Below, piece by piece: positions 11,525 through 22,355 of a stretch of 64,000 bases of DNA. The position numbers and the translations under genes are program-made. The DNA comes from Mustelus asterias (lineage: Eukaryota): NCBI RefSeq assembly GCF_964213995.1, contig NC_135803.1:140306001-140370000 (forward strand), written 5' to 3'. The notes beneath the pieces were generated by a model. The model ran no database searches, was not told the DNA's origin, and was given only the letters and a program-made list of their open reading frames with translations. Each line of letters starts with the position of its first letter. The stretch's first letter is position 1.

Positions 11525-12199
11525 ACAACAACATCAGATGGGCTCACAATACAGCTCAGATTTGGCAGAAGAACCTGTTCTCTGCGGGAAAAGGGATCAT
11601 GTCCCAGCATCGTGCCTTTTTTGAATTAAGCAAAAAAGCCTGTGGGACAATAGTCCCTGTTGCATTTCCAAGGCAACACCTCGACCAAACCAACAAATCA
11701 GCACCCTGTCTGTATAGCACAAGAAACAATACTTTTCACTGTATACGAATACGTGACAATTATAAACCAAATCTTTTCCCATACAGTATAAAGCTGCTGC
11801 TCCCTTTGAAATCTGGCACTCTTGCATTTGTCCTGATGAGTGCCAAATGAAAAGCTTCAATGGCACGCATTTTTTTTCAAGCATTGCTCAATTTCTGTAC
11901 TGCCAAGCCAGTACATGCAAGTTTAATTCAGAGAAATGTGAAGTCATATCTTCTGGATGCAATAAAGGAAAATATATATATAATTGGTGATGACTTTACA
12001 TGGATCAAGGGGCAACGGGACCTGAATGCGTACAGCAGTGGAACAGGGTAATGTGCCAGAGATAGTGTAAAAACCTTCAGATATCCACTAGATTTAAGTA
12101 AAAATTAGAGAAAACAATGACAGTCAAGAGAGATAAATCTTCAGGAAATTATAGTTTACACCCCAGGCTATCAAAAGGTAAGGAAATAAATCCCCAGTC

Positions 12200-13180
12200 C
12201 TCCAAATCAGGATACTTGCTTTTATTAACCAAGGCATAGAGCAGGGAGGTTGTGATGGAACTGTATAAAACGCTCGTTAAGCCACAGCTAGAGTGCTGTG
12301 TCCAGTTTTGTTTGCCATTCTCTAGGCAGCATGTGATTGCATTAGAAAAAAGGGTGCAGATGAGATTTGGCAGGGCTGCAGCATTTCAGCTATGAAAAGA
12401 AGCAGGTTAGGCTGGGGTTATTTTCCTTGAAGTAGAGAAGGCTGAGGACGGACCTGATTCTATTGTACAAAATTATAAGGGACATTATTCATAGGTTCGA
12501 TAGGATGAAACTTTTACCTTTAGTAGAGGGGTCAATAGCCAGGGGACATGCATTTAAGGGGCAAGAGAATCAGTGAGCTTGCGCACACCAGTGGGAGAAC
12601 GTAGGGAGTTAGGAGTTAAACTTAAAAAGTAGGACCTCAAAGGTAGTAATGTTAGGATTGCTACCAGTGCCATGTGCTAGTCAGAGTAGATTGTCAGGAT
12701 AGGCAAGATGAACACTTGGCTTCAGGGGTAATACAAGAGGGAGGGATTCAAATTTCTGGGACATTGGAACCGGTTCTGAGGGAGGTGAGACCAGTACAAA
12801 TTGAACATCTGCACCTGGGCAGGATTGGAACCAATGTCCTAGGGGGAGTGTTTGCTCGTGCTGTTGGGGAGAGTTTAAACTAATATGGCGGGGGACAGGA
12901 ACCGATGCAGGAAGTCAGTGGGAAGTAAAGTGGAGTCAGAAGCAAAAGGCAGTGAGGAAAAAGTGGAAGGTAGGGAAGCCAAAGACAAAAAATCAAAAAG
13001 GACCACATTACCGTATAATTCTAAGAGGACAATAAATACCCAAAAACAAGCCTGAAGGTTCGGTGTCTCAATGCTAGGAGCGTTTGTAATAAGGTGGATG
13101 AATTAACTGTGCAGACAGTCATTAACGGATATGATGTAATTAGGATTAGAGACCTGGCTCCAGGTTGATCAGGGAGGGAA
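12200..13180 (+). mobile_element. CR1 LINE fragments (ORF2 3' end; ORF1 esterase-like end and ORF2 start)
   Basis: MELYKTLVKPQLECCVQF; LHLGRIGTNVL; CLNARSVCNKVDEL (APE endonuclease start). Confidence 0.7.
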
Positions 13181-13189
13181 CTCAACAAC

Positions 13190-13895
13190 CAAAGCAGAAA
13201 ATGCTGGAAAATCTCAACAGATCTGGCAGCATCTGTAAGGAGAGAAAAGAGCTGACGTTTCGAGTCCAGATGACCCTTTGTCAAAGCTAAAAGGCATAAA
13301 AAGTGGGAGATATTATACTGCAGGATGATGAGGGAATTAAAGATGAGTCATAGCCACAGAAACAAGGGTAAAGGACTGCTAATGGCAGACCATAGAGAGA
13401 ATAAAGGGTGTGAATGGCCAAACGGCAGAGAAGCCAAAATCAGAGGATAAGCTGTGACAGATAAGCTGTGACAGTCCAAAGATGTGCGGGTTAGGTTGAT
13501 TGGCCAGGTTAAAAATTGCCCCTTAGAGTCCTGAGATGCATAGGTTAGAGGGATTAGCGGGTAAAATATGTGGGGGTAGGGCCTGGGTGGGATTGTGGTC
13601 GGTGCAGACTCGATGGGCCAAATGGCCTCCTTCTGCACTGTAGGGTTTCTATGAGATGAAGATGTGGGGAGAGGGGGTGGGAGGGAATGGGTAGGAGAGA
13701 GGTAAATTAGAAAAGGGGGGGGGGGGAGAAGGGGAAGCAAAGGGGGAAGAAAAGATAAGGAATGGGGGGGGGTCAAGTAGGGGAAAGAGTGGGGGGGGGA
13801 AAAGAAAAATGAAAGACAATAAAGAAATAAAAGGAAGAGAAGAGTATAAATTAAATAAAATGAAAACAAGGAGGTAGAGGTGGGGTGGAGCTAAT
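13190..13895 (-). mobile_element. 3' end of a second PLE-related family (degenerate hammerhead, long purine tract), interrupted by a SINE 3' half at 13470-13653
   Basis: Minus strand TTTGACAAAGGGTCATCTGGACTCGAAACGTCAG (degenerate CUGANGA...GAAAC-GUC); the terminus GCAGAAAATGCTGGAAAATCTCA recurs at ~20110, 55330 and 63140. Confidence 0.55.
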
Positions 13896-16205
13896 CAACA
13901 TACAAGATTATGAAGGGAATAGATGATAGAAGCAGAAAAGTTGTTTCCACTGGCAGGTGAAACTAGAACTAGAGGGCATGGCCTCAAAATAAGGGGGAGC
14001 AAATTTAGGACTGAATTGAGGAGGAACTTCTTGACCCAAAGGGTTTTGAATCTGTGGGATGCTCTGCCCAGTGAAGCAATTGAGGCTACCTCATGTTTTT
14101 AAGGCAAGGATAGATAAATTTTTGAACAGTAAAGGAATTAAGGATTATGGTGAGCATGCAGGTAAATGGAGTTGAGTCCATAAAATGATCAGCCATAATC
14201 TTATTGAATGGCGTAGCAGGCTCGAGGGGCCAGATGGCCTACTCCTGCTCCTCGTTCTTATGTTCGTATGTTATGTTCTAAAAGCATCTATAGATAGGTG
14301 AAGAGAAAAAGACTGAAGACAAATACAGGTCCCTTACAGTTAAAAAGTAATGGGCAACAAAGAGGTGACACTCCAACGGAACAAATCATAGAATCTACAA
14401 TGCAGAAGGAGGCCATTTGGCCCATTAAGTCTGCACCAACCACAATCCAACCCAGTCCCTATCCCCATAACCCCATGAATACTTTGGATCTGACTTCACT
14501 AAGGAGGACAGAAATGATCTTCCAGAAATACTAGGGGATAGAGGGTCTAGTATGAAGAACTAAAAGAAATCCTTAGTCAGGAAATTGTACTATGGAAATT
14601 GCTGGAATTAAAACCCAATAAGTTCTCAGGGCCTGATGCTCTGCATCCCAGAGTACTCAAGGAAGTGGCCCTAAAAATAGTGGACGCATTGGTGATCGTT
14701 TCCCAGCATTCTATAGACTCTGTAAGAGTTGCAGTGGATTGGAGGGTAGTTAATGTCACCCCACTTTTTAAAAAAGGACGGAGAGCAAACCGGGAATTAC
14801 AGACTGATTAGCCTGATGATATCTGCGGTGGGGAAAATGCTGGAGTCAATTCTTAAGGATGCAATAACTGAGCATTTGGAAAGCGGAGACAGGATTGGTC
14901 CAAGTCAGCATGAATTCACTTAAGGGAAATCGAGCTTGACAAATCTTCTGGAATTTTTTTGAGGATGTGACCAGTAGATGTTGTGTATCTAAACTTTCAA
15001 AAGGCTTTTGACAAGGTCCCACACGAGATTAGTGAGCAAAATTAAAGCTCATGGTATTGGAGATAGTGTATTGATGTGGATATGGAACTGACTGGCAGAC
15101 AGGAAGCATAGTGTGGGAACAAACAGGTCCTTTTCAGAGTGGCAGGCAGTGACTAGTGGGGTACCACAGGGTTCAGTGCTGGGGCCCCAGCTATTCACAA
15201 TATACATTGATTTGAACAAAGAAATTGAATGCAATATCTCCAAATTTACAGATGACACTAAGCTGGGTAGCAGTGCGTACTGTGAGGAGGATGCTAGGTG
15301 ATTTGGACAGGCTGGCTAAGCAGAAAAAGTAAGAAGTCTCACAACACCAGGTTAAAGTCCAACAGGTTTATTTGGTAGCACACAAGCCACTAGCTTTCAA
15401 GTGGACAAATACAATATAATGTGGATAAATGTGAGGTTATCCACTTTGGTGGCAAAAACAGGAAAGAAGGTTATCTGAATGGTGGCAGTTTAGTAAAAGG
15501 GAAGTGCAACGTAACCTGGTGTCATGGTGGAACAGTCGCTGAAGGTTGGCATGCAGCTACAGCAGGCGGTGAGGAAAGTTAATGGCATGCTGGCCTTTGT
15601 AGCAAGAGGATTTGCATATGGGGTAAGGATGTCTCGCTGCAGTTATGCAGGGTCTTGTTGAGGCCACACCTTGAGAATTGTGTGCAGTTTTGGTCTCGTA
15701 GTCTGAGGAAGGACATTCTTGCTATTGAGGGAGTCCAGACTGATTCCTGGAATGGCAGGACTGACATATGAAGAAAGACGGGATCGACTGGGCTTGTCCT
15801 CACCTGGAATTTAGAGGAATGAGGGGATCTCATAGAAAAATAAAAAATCCTGATGGGACTGGCTAGATGCGGGAAGAATGCTCCCGATGTTGGGGAAGTC
15901 CAGAACGAGGGGTTACAGTCTAAGAATGAGTAAGCCATTCAGGACTGAAATGAGGAAGAACTTCTTCACCCAGAGTTGTGAACCTCTGGAATTCTCTACC
16001 ACAGAAAGCTCGTTGGGGCCAGTTTGTTCAATATGTTCAAGAGGAAGCTGGACGTGACCCTTGTGGCTAAAGGGATCAAGGGGTATGGAGAGAAAGCGGG
16101 AGTGGGATACTAAAAATGGATGATCAGCCATGATCATATTGAATGGTGGTGCAGGCTCGAAGGGCCAAATGGCTTATTCATGCACCAATTTTCTATGTTT
16201 CTATG
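13895..16205 (+). mobile_element. CR1 LINE ORF2 and 3' UTR fragments
   Basis: GPDALHPRVLKE, WRVVNVTPLFKKG, SGVPQGSVLGP, SKFTDDTKL; TTTCTATG tail at ~16190-16205. Confidence 0.85.
15327..15400 (-). mobile_element. Truncated PLE pLTR end inserted in CR1
   Basis: AAGAAGTCTCACAACACCAGGTTAAAGTCCAACAGGTTTATTTGGTAGC...CCACTAGCTTTC is the reverse complement of the PLE terminus; cut at the hammerhead. Confidence 0.8.
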
Positions 16206-17099
16206 AGATTTGGCAGAGATTTTAGGAAAAACCTTTTCACCGAAAGGGTGGTGGGAATCTGGAACACTCTGCCTGAAAGTAGGGACAGGAACACTTAGAA
16301 CATTTAAGAAGCATCGAGATGAGCACTTGAAACATCATAGCATACAAGTCGACGGATCAGGTGCTGGAAGATGGGATTAGAATATCTCGGTGCTCGATGG
16401 CCTAGTGCAGACACAATGGGCCGAGGGTCCTCTTTTGGTGCTGTATAATTGTTTCCAATCAGAGACAATAACAGCCATTACTTGAGATAGACTAACAGGC
16501 TTATAATTTCCTGGTTTAATATCTACTATGTAAAAATTACTCAAATCGAATATTATGGACATGGTGACCAAGCACTTCAGCAAATATAAATTGATCTAAA
16601 TAATCTCAAAATTACATAACTAGAGGTAGAAATGTCTACAGACACTATTTAAATGAACTTCCTGAAGACCGTGGCATTTTCACAGGAACCTATTAACAAA
16701 AAGAATGCATGAAATTGAAGCAAACTTACTGACACAAGAAACAAAAGGGATAACGGCTTTCTCATTTGGCAGGTTGCAAATAGTGGTCTTCAACCATTTT
16801 ACTGTATACTCAGGGAAAAAGCACGAGACATCCAAGCTTGTTGATGACACTAGTATCAATGGAAGCATGAAGTTGAAGGGCATCAACACATCAAATGATG
16901 GGAACTATAGCAGATGAGCGAAGATAAAGGGATCAGGATGTTTTATAAATCAGGAGAATGAGAACCATGGAGTAACAAGGAGATTTAGTGTTTCTCTAAG
17001 TGGTCACTCAAATGTGAGAATTCAGTGATCAGAATTGAGCCTGATCCTATCCTCACCTCAGGGTCATAGGATTGTTCTTCTCTAAATGCCACATCAAAT

Positions 17100-17322
17100 A
17101 ACATAGAAATGTTTGGAAACCATGGTTGCCTATCATAGTGACAGTGGATGCCCTCATTATTGGGGTTCTGGTTAAGCCAGTCTTTAATGGCTTTCTTCGC
17201 CATTGGTCTTTATCTTTCTCCATTAATCCATCTGGTAATGATTAAGCACTCCAACTTTTCTGCATGGATAACATGTCTTAAAAAACTCAATTTTTCTTTT
17301 GAGGTTATTTAAAGGCTTCTCT
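17100..17322 (-). mobile_element. RTE-clade LINE C-terminal fragment
   Basis: Minus-strand translation resembles RKLSFLRHVIHAEKLECLIITRWING-R, typical of the RTE ORF end; decayed. Confidence 0.45.
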
Positions 17323-17325
17323 TCT

Positions 17326-17655
17326 TCATAGAAATCATAGAAACCCTACAGTGCAGAAGGAGGCCATTCGGCCCATCGAGTCTGCACCGACCACAATCCC
17401 ACCCCACATATTTTACCCGCTAATCCCTCTAACCTACGCATCCCAGGACTCTAAGGGGCAATTTTTAACCTGGCCAATCAACCTAACCCGCACATCTTTG
17501 GACTGTGGGAGGAAACCGGAGCACCCGGAGGAAACCCACGCAGACACGAGGAGAATGTGCAAACTCCACACAGACAGTGACCCGAGCCGGGAATCGAACC
17601 CGGGACCCTGGAGCTGTGAAGCAGCAGTGCTAACCACTGTGCTACCGTGCCGCCC
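17326..17655 (-). mobile_element. HE1/V-SINE-like SINE, young copy
   Basis: Near-identical reverse complement of 11192-11524. Confidence 0.92.
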
Positions 17656-17832
17656 TTCTTCTTTAGTACAACTTTAGTTTTTTTCTCCACCCAGCTTACC
17701 CTTAAGCACCATGTTTCAAAAGTTGATGATTTTCTTCCTCTTTCCCAATGTGCTAAGCTTCATATCCATAGTTCATTGCTGACTGAGTACAGAGATTCTC
17801 GTTTCAAGACTGATGCAGATGTTAAAAACACT

Positions 17833-18143
17833 TCATAGAATCCATACAGTGCAGAAGGCAGCCATTCAACCCATCAAGTCTGCATCAACAACAATAACAC
17901 CCAGGCCCTATCCTCGAAACCAATGTATTTACCTTGCTAATCCCCTTGACACTAAGGAGCAATTTTTCATGGCCAATCAACCTAACCCGCACATCTTTGG
18001 AGTGTGGGAGGAAACCAGAATACCCAGAGGAAACCCACACAGACACACAGACGTCTGGTGAACATGCAAACTCCACACAGTCACCCAAGGCCAGAATTGA
18101 ACCAGTGTCCCTGGTGCTGAGTGCTAACCACTGCGCCACCGTG
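17833..18143 (-). mobile_element. HE1-like SINE, older copy
   Basis: Same consensus, more diverged. Confidence 0.8.
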
Positions 18144-19598
18144 TCAAATTTTTTTTGGATTTCGATCTTTGTTGTTACTGTGCTTCCTAGGTAGAGGAAT
18201 TGATTGACTTGTTCTAACTTGCTTCAATTTACCATGAATTTGGATACTGAATGCTACTTTGTCATTAACAAAGTGCATGTTTGCTCGCAGTTGAATGCAA
18301 GCATCTACCACTTCCCTTTACAACTAAATCGGTTAATAACATCATGGGAGAGTAATCAAAATTAGTAATTCTGATCAATATTTTCCTTACAATCCCAGAA
18401 TACCAAGGATCAGATTCCCCCTGCCCCCCCAGTTTTGAGAAGATTTACAAAGATACTCGGTAGCTCCCTGAAGATACACAGAAAATTCTGTGGCGGAGAA
18501 ACCACACAGAAAGGCAAGGCAAAACTATCAATTTTCAAAGCACAAATGAGTAACCCGACAACATCTATTGCCTTCCAAAGGGAAATACTAGATAAAAATG
18601 TCGAAAGAGCATAGAGACTTTTAAATACCTCGGTATCCTAACGCCACCGTACCAATCATACAGATAGGCATCACGTCACTATATCAACCTCATAGTACCG
18701 TCAATGTTCTAAAGCATCTTGAGATGGGGCAGTAAGCTCGGTGCTGCACACATACCCAAAAGACAATGCAGTTAAACAACATAAGGTGACACCAAATCCT
18801 ATTCAGTGCTGTAGTGTGCATTCTTTTAACATGTGGCAATTTTACACCTTTACCAAAGCGAGCAATAAAGTCACAAATTAATAAATAAACCCAAGGCAGA
18901 TCACAAAGCACATGACCATGACGGGATAACTCTGAACCCGATTTCGTTTGTAGTATTTGCTTGAAGCAGGCAGCTAGCAAAAGATAAACACCTCATTACG
19001 CCCCTTCCTTGGGGGGGGGGGGGGGGATTAAATTAGATCATCGCGGGTTTAAATAAATACTGCATCATCACACTTTCTTTAAAAAAAATAAACCACTAAA
19101 TGTGTGTTTATTCAGCGCAGCAAAACCTAATGTCACTCATGAACCGAAAAATGCTCCCAGCAAGTCGGGCAGTATCTGTGGAGAGAGAAGCGCGGAGCGA
19201 AAGTTAGCAAGATCGGCGACCTTTTTAGCATCGCCTGTTTTTATTTCAGAATTCCTCAGCGCCGGCGTCGCCTCCAAAAGCGCAACTAGGCGACACCACG
19301 GTGACAAGTTGATCTATAAAAGAGAGGGAGAGAGAGCGTGTGAGACTCTGCGGAGAAATCCCGAGGCAGCCCGGTATGTTTGACAGCAACTGAAGCCTCT
19401 AACTTTCGCGCGGCGTGCTGCATGCGGGGATCGGGTAAGGAAGAGAAGATTGGAATTAAGATTCCCCCCCCCCTCATCCCCCCATTTGTGAGAGGCTTGT
19501 TGCCCGCGGGGGGAGCCGCTGCTTTCATCCGCCTCCCGCCTCGCCTCCGCCGTGTGCTGCAAGAAGCGCGAGCCAGCGACTGCCGCTAACCGACTAAC

Positions 19599-19679
19599 CT
19601 GGACGTGGGAGACGACCAAACTCCGGTTGCCTTCCCCGTGGTATTTCCACTCGTTCCCGTCGAGTTCCTCCACTTCCAT
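19599..19679 (-). CDS. IPPK: Inositol-pentakisphosphate 2-kinase, coding exon 1
   Basis: MEVEELDGNEWKYHGEGNRSLVVSHVQ matches the vertebrate IPPK N-terminus as recalled (MEEGKMDENEWGYHGEGNKSLVVAHAQ); 81 nt ending at a CAG|GTTAGT donor; CpG-rich context. Confidence 0.93.
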
Positions 19680-19779
19680 AACTGCCAGAGTTATGTTTTT
19701 ATTTCTATAATCGTGAGTTATTTATTTGCTCCGTCGCTCCCTGTCCCCTCACATCCACTCAAAGTGCCTTGATGCTCGA

Positions 19780-20040
19780 ATCCGGTTCTGACAGCCGCGA
19801 GAGCCCCCCCGCGCGCACAGGAAGAGGAAAGCGCACCCTACCCCGACTGCCGGAAGTTCAAACCGCCCGCCCGCCCTTTAAGCTGAACGGGCGGCGAGTG
19901 GCTCCTGATTGGTAAGCCTTCCCCTCCCCCTCACCATAGCTGTTCCCCAAGTTCGGTTGAGAGGAAGAGTCTGAGGCGGTTGGTGAGTGGCTCCTGACAC
20001 GGTTCCTCCTCTCAAAGCCCACACCAATTCGGGGATTACA
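19780..20040 (-). promoter_or_regulatory. IPPK CpG-island promoter
   Basis: CpG-rich ~19100-20050; ETS motif CCGGAAGT (~19850-19857), GC boxes CCGCCCGCCCGCCC (~19863-19876), CCAAT box (CTGATTGG, ~19905-19912). Confidence 0.7.
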
Positions 20041-22355
20041 GAAAGTGGCGGATGTGCAGTATGGCGAAACAGTCTTAAGTACAAAATACGAAATGCCGGA
20101 AATCCGAAAACACCAACAGAAAATGCTCGAACTCAACAGGTGTGTTGAGGGAAAGGAACAGAGTTAACGTTTCAGATGTTGAACATCATCGACCTGAAAC
20201 TTTTAACTCATTTCTCAGGAATCCAAAAGCACACCAGGCTGGGAAAAAAACGCACAATTTTATTGTTTTTGTTATTTATTTCTCAAAAATATGAAGCAGA
20301 GTGAATACTTTAATGATGTCTGATTCCCACCACAATGAATAAGTACTACTCGATGTTTCTCCTGAAACCTGAGAGCAACCTAAACTTGTGTGTGTAAAGC
20401 ACGTTTGTTTCAAAGTTAATTCAATGTTCAAATATATTATGTATCCTACTCTAATTTCAGTATCAACGTGCATGCTAATCCTCAGGTGACGTGATAAACA
20501 TACCTTCGAGAGAGACATAAATTTGGAGGGCAAATCGCTATAAAAACAAGCACAGGTTCACTTCCGGAAGGGTAGGATTGACAAGCTGATGAGTTTTGTT
20601 GAACTTGAATGGAGTATTCCACACAAGGAATCATGTACAGAGTACTGGTCTATATAATATATAAAGGATGTAGAAACATTGGCGAAGGTGTAAAAATTAT
20701 TCACGAGGATTATAATGGAACTGGGAGGATACTTATCAGGAACAGCTGAACATACTAATTATTTTCTCTATTAAAGAGAAAGCTAAGGATTGATATGATA
20801 AAGGTGTAAAAGATTAAGTAAATGTTTGAAAAGATAGAGAAAATGTTTCCACTTGTGGGGTATCCAAAACTAGATAAATATAAGGCAGTGTCTAATAAAC
20901 CAAATAGGGAACTCCAGAGAACCTTTTGTACCTTAAGAATGTGGAAAACCAGGAGGTGTAGTTGAGGCAATATACATGCATTTAAGGGAAGCTAGATAAA
21001 CATATGAGGGATAAAGAAATATAAGAATATGGAAGGTTTGTGTGGAGGATAATCACCAGTACAGACTAGTTGGGTGAATGACCTGTTTTTGTGTTGTATA
21101 CTTGGTGTAGCTCAGCTCAATGTAACATCCAGTTCTTTTTAAGTGAAAATTAGATCAATATAAAGATCAGTTTATTGTCTAACATACTTTGAAGATTTTG
21201 TAACAGGGAAAAAAATACATGGTATTTGTAAACTTTAAGGTGTGAAATTGTAATATTGAATCTGTTCTAATTTGAAAAAATAATAATCACATGGTCTGAT
21301 CTATAAATAAAGGGATCAATACTCTACACAGTTAAGCGCAAATATTTCAGAAAATAAAATATTGGGCCTTAAAAAGCAGTTATATGAATTCCTTTCAGGG
21401 CCATTAGAATGCCCATTCAATTCAGTTTATCGTGCAGCGCTTTCGATTTTTACTCTTGCTGTAGCAAATTTCCAAATCTTTATTACCTAACATGGTAAAT
21501 GAGATCCGATGCATTTTTATTACGGCATTTGTTGGTCTTGGTGAACGTAAAATGTAATGTTGTCGTATCTGGGGATGGTGGATGACTGCACAAATGCCCT
21601 GTGGCCAGAGTTTGGCTAGAGTGTTTTTGTTTCATAGGGGTCAGAGAATTGAGTTTATTCATCCACACTGTTTAATGTTTGAACTAGAGCTGTCAAGTGA
21701 TTTGAGAAGAATAATCATGATCAATCTTGTCATTAGAAATTGTAATCTTGATTTTAATCATATGCTTAATTGATACAATTACAGCATCCATCTCATTCTA
21801 GTTCATTTTATTATTGTGCTATTTTATTAACTTATTATCAGCCAAAAAATCATACACAGCATTGCAATTTCCCATTTCTAGATTCGTCGTGCTAGTCCCT
21901 CTTTTATTGTTTCAATTTATTGACACAATGATATTAAAAATTCACAAATTGAATTTGTTATTGTGAAGTGAAAGCTTTTTAAAAATTATATCTGTAAGCA
22001 TAAATTGAGAAGGGAAATTGTTTGACTTTCCATCAACCTGCAAAGGAAAATGGAGTGCAACCTTAAAATAGATGAACAAAAACAACAAAATAATGGATTG
22101 AGCAACTGACTCATCGACTAAATGCACAATAGGTCTTTGTGTATTTATTTCTGTGACTCACTGTGTACTGATGTGCACCATACATGTAGATGCATTGAAC
22201 TGATAAAAAGTATTTATTAAAGACTTTTGTTGCTAATACCCCCCCCCCCCTTTTTACAAATCACAAAACAAGATAGTTTGCTCTGACATGCTAAAAATAA
22301 TATGTTTTAAAGTTTTCATTCCAGTCTATTATCATCTGGCTTTGGAACACACTAT

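Noticed and set aside
10819-11850. ORFs of 147-183 aa
   Set aside because: Largely SINE-derived chance ORFs; the same peptides recur at every SINE copy
19314-19598. 3' part of ORF 19314-19679
   Set aside because: Read-through into the intron after the IPPK exon 1 donor
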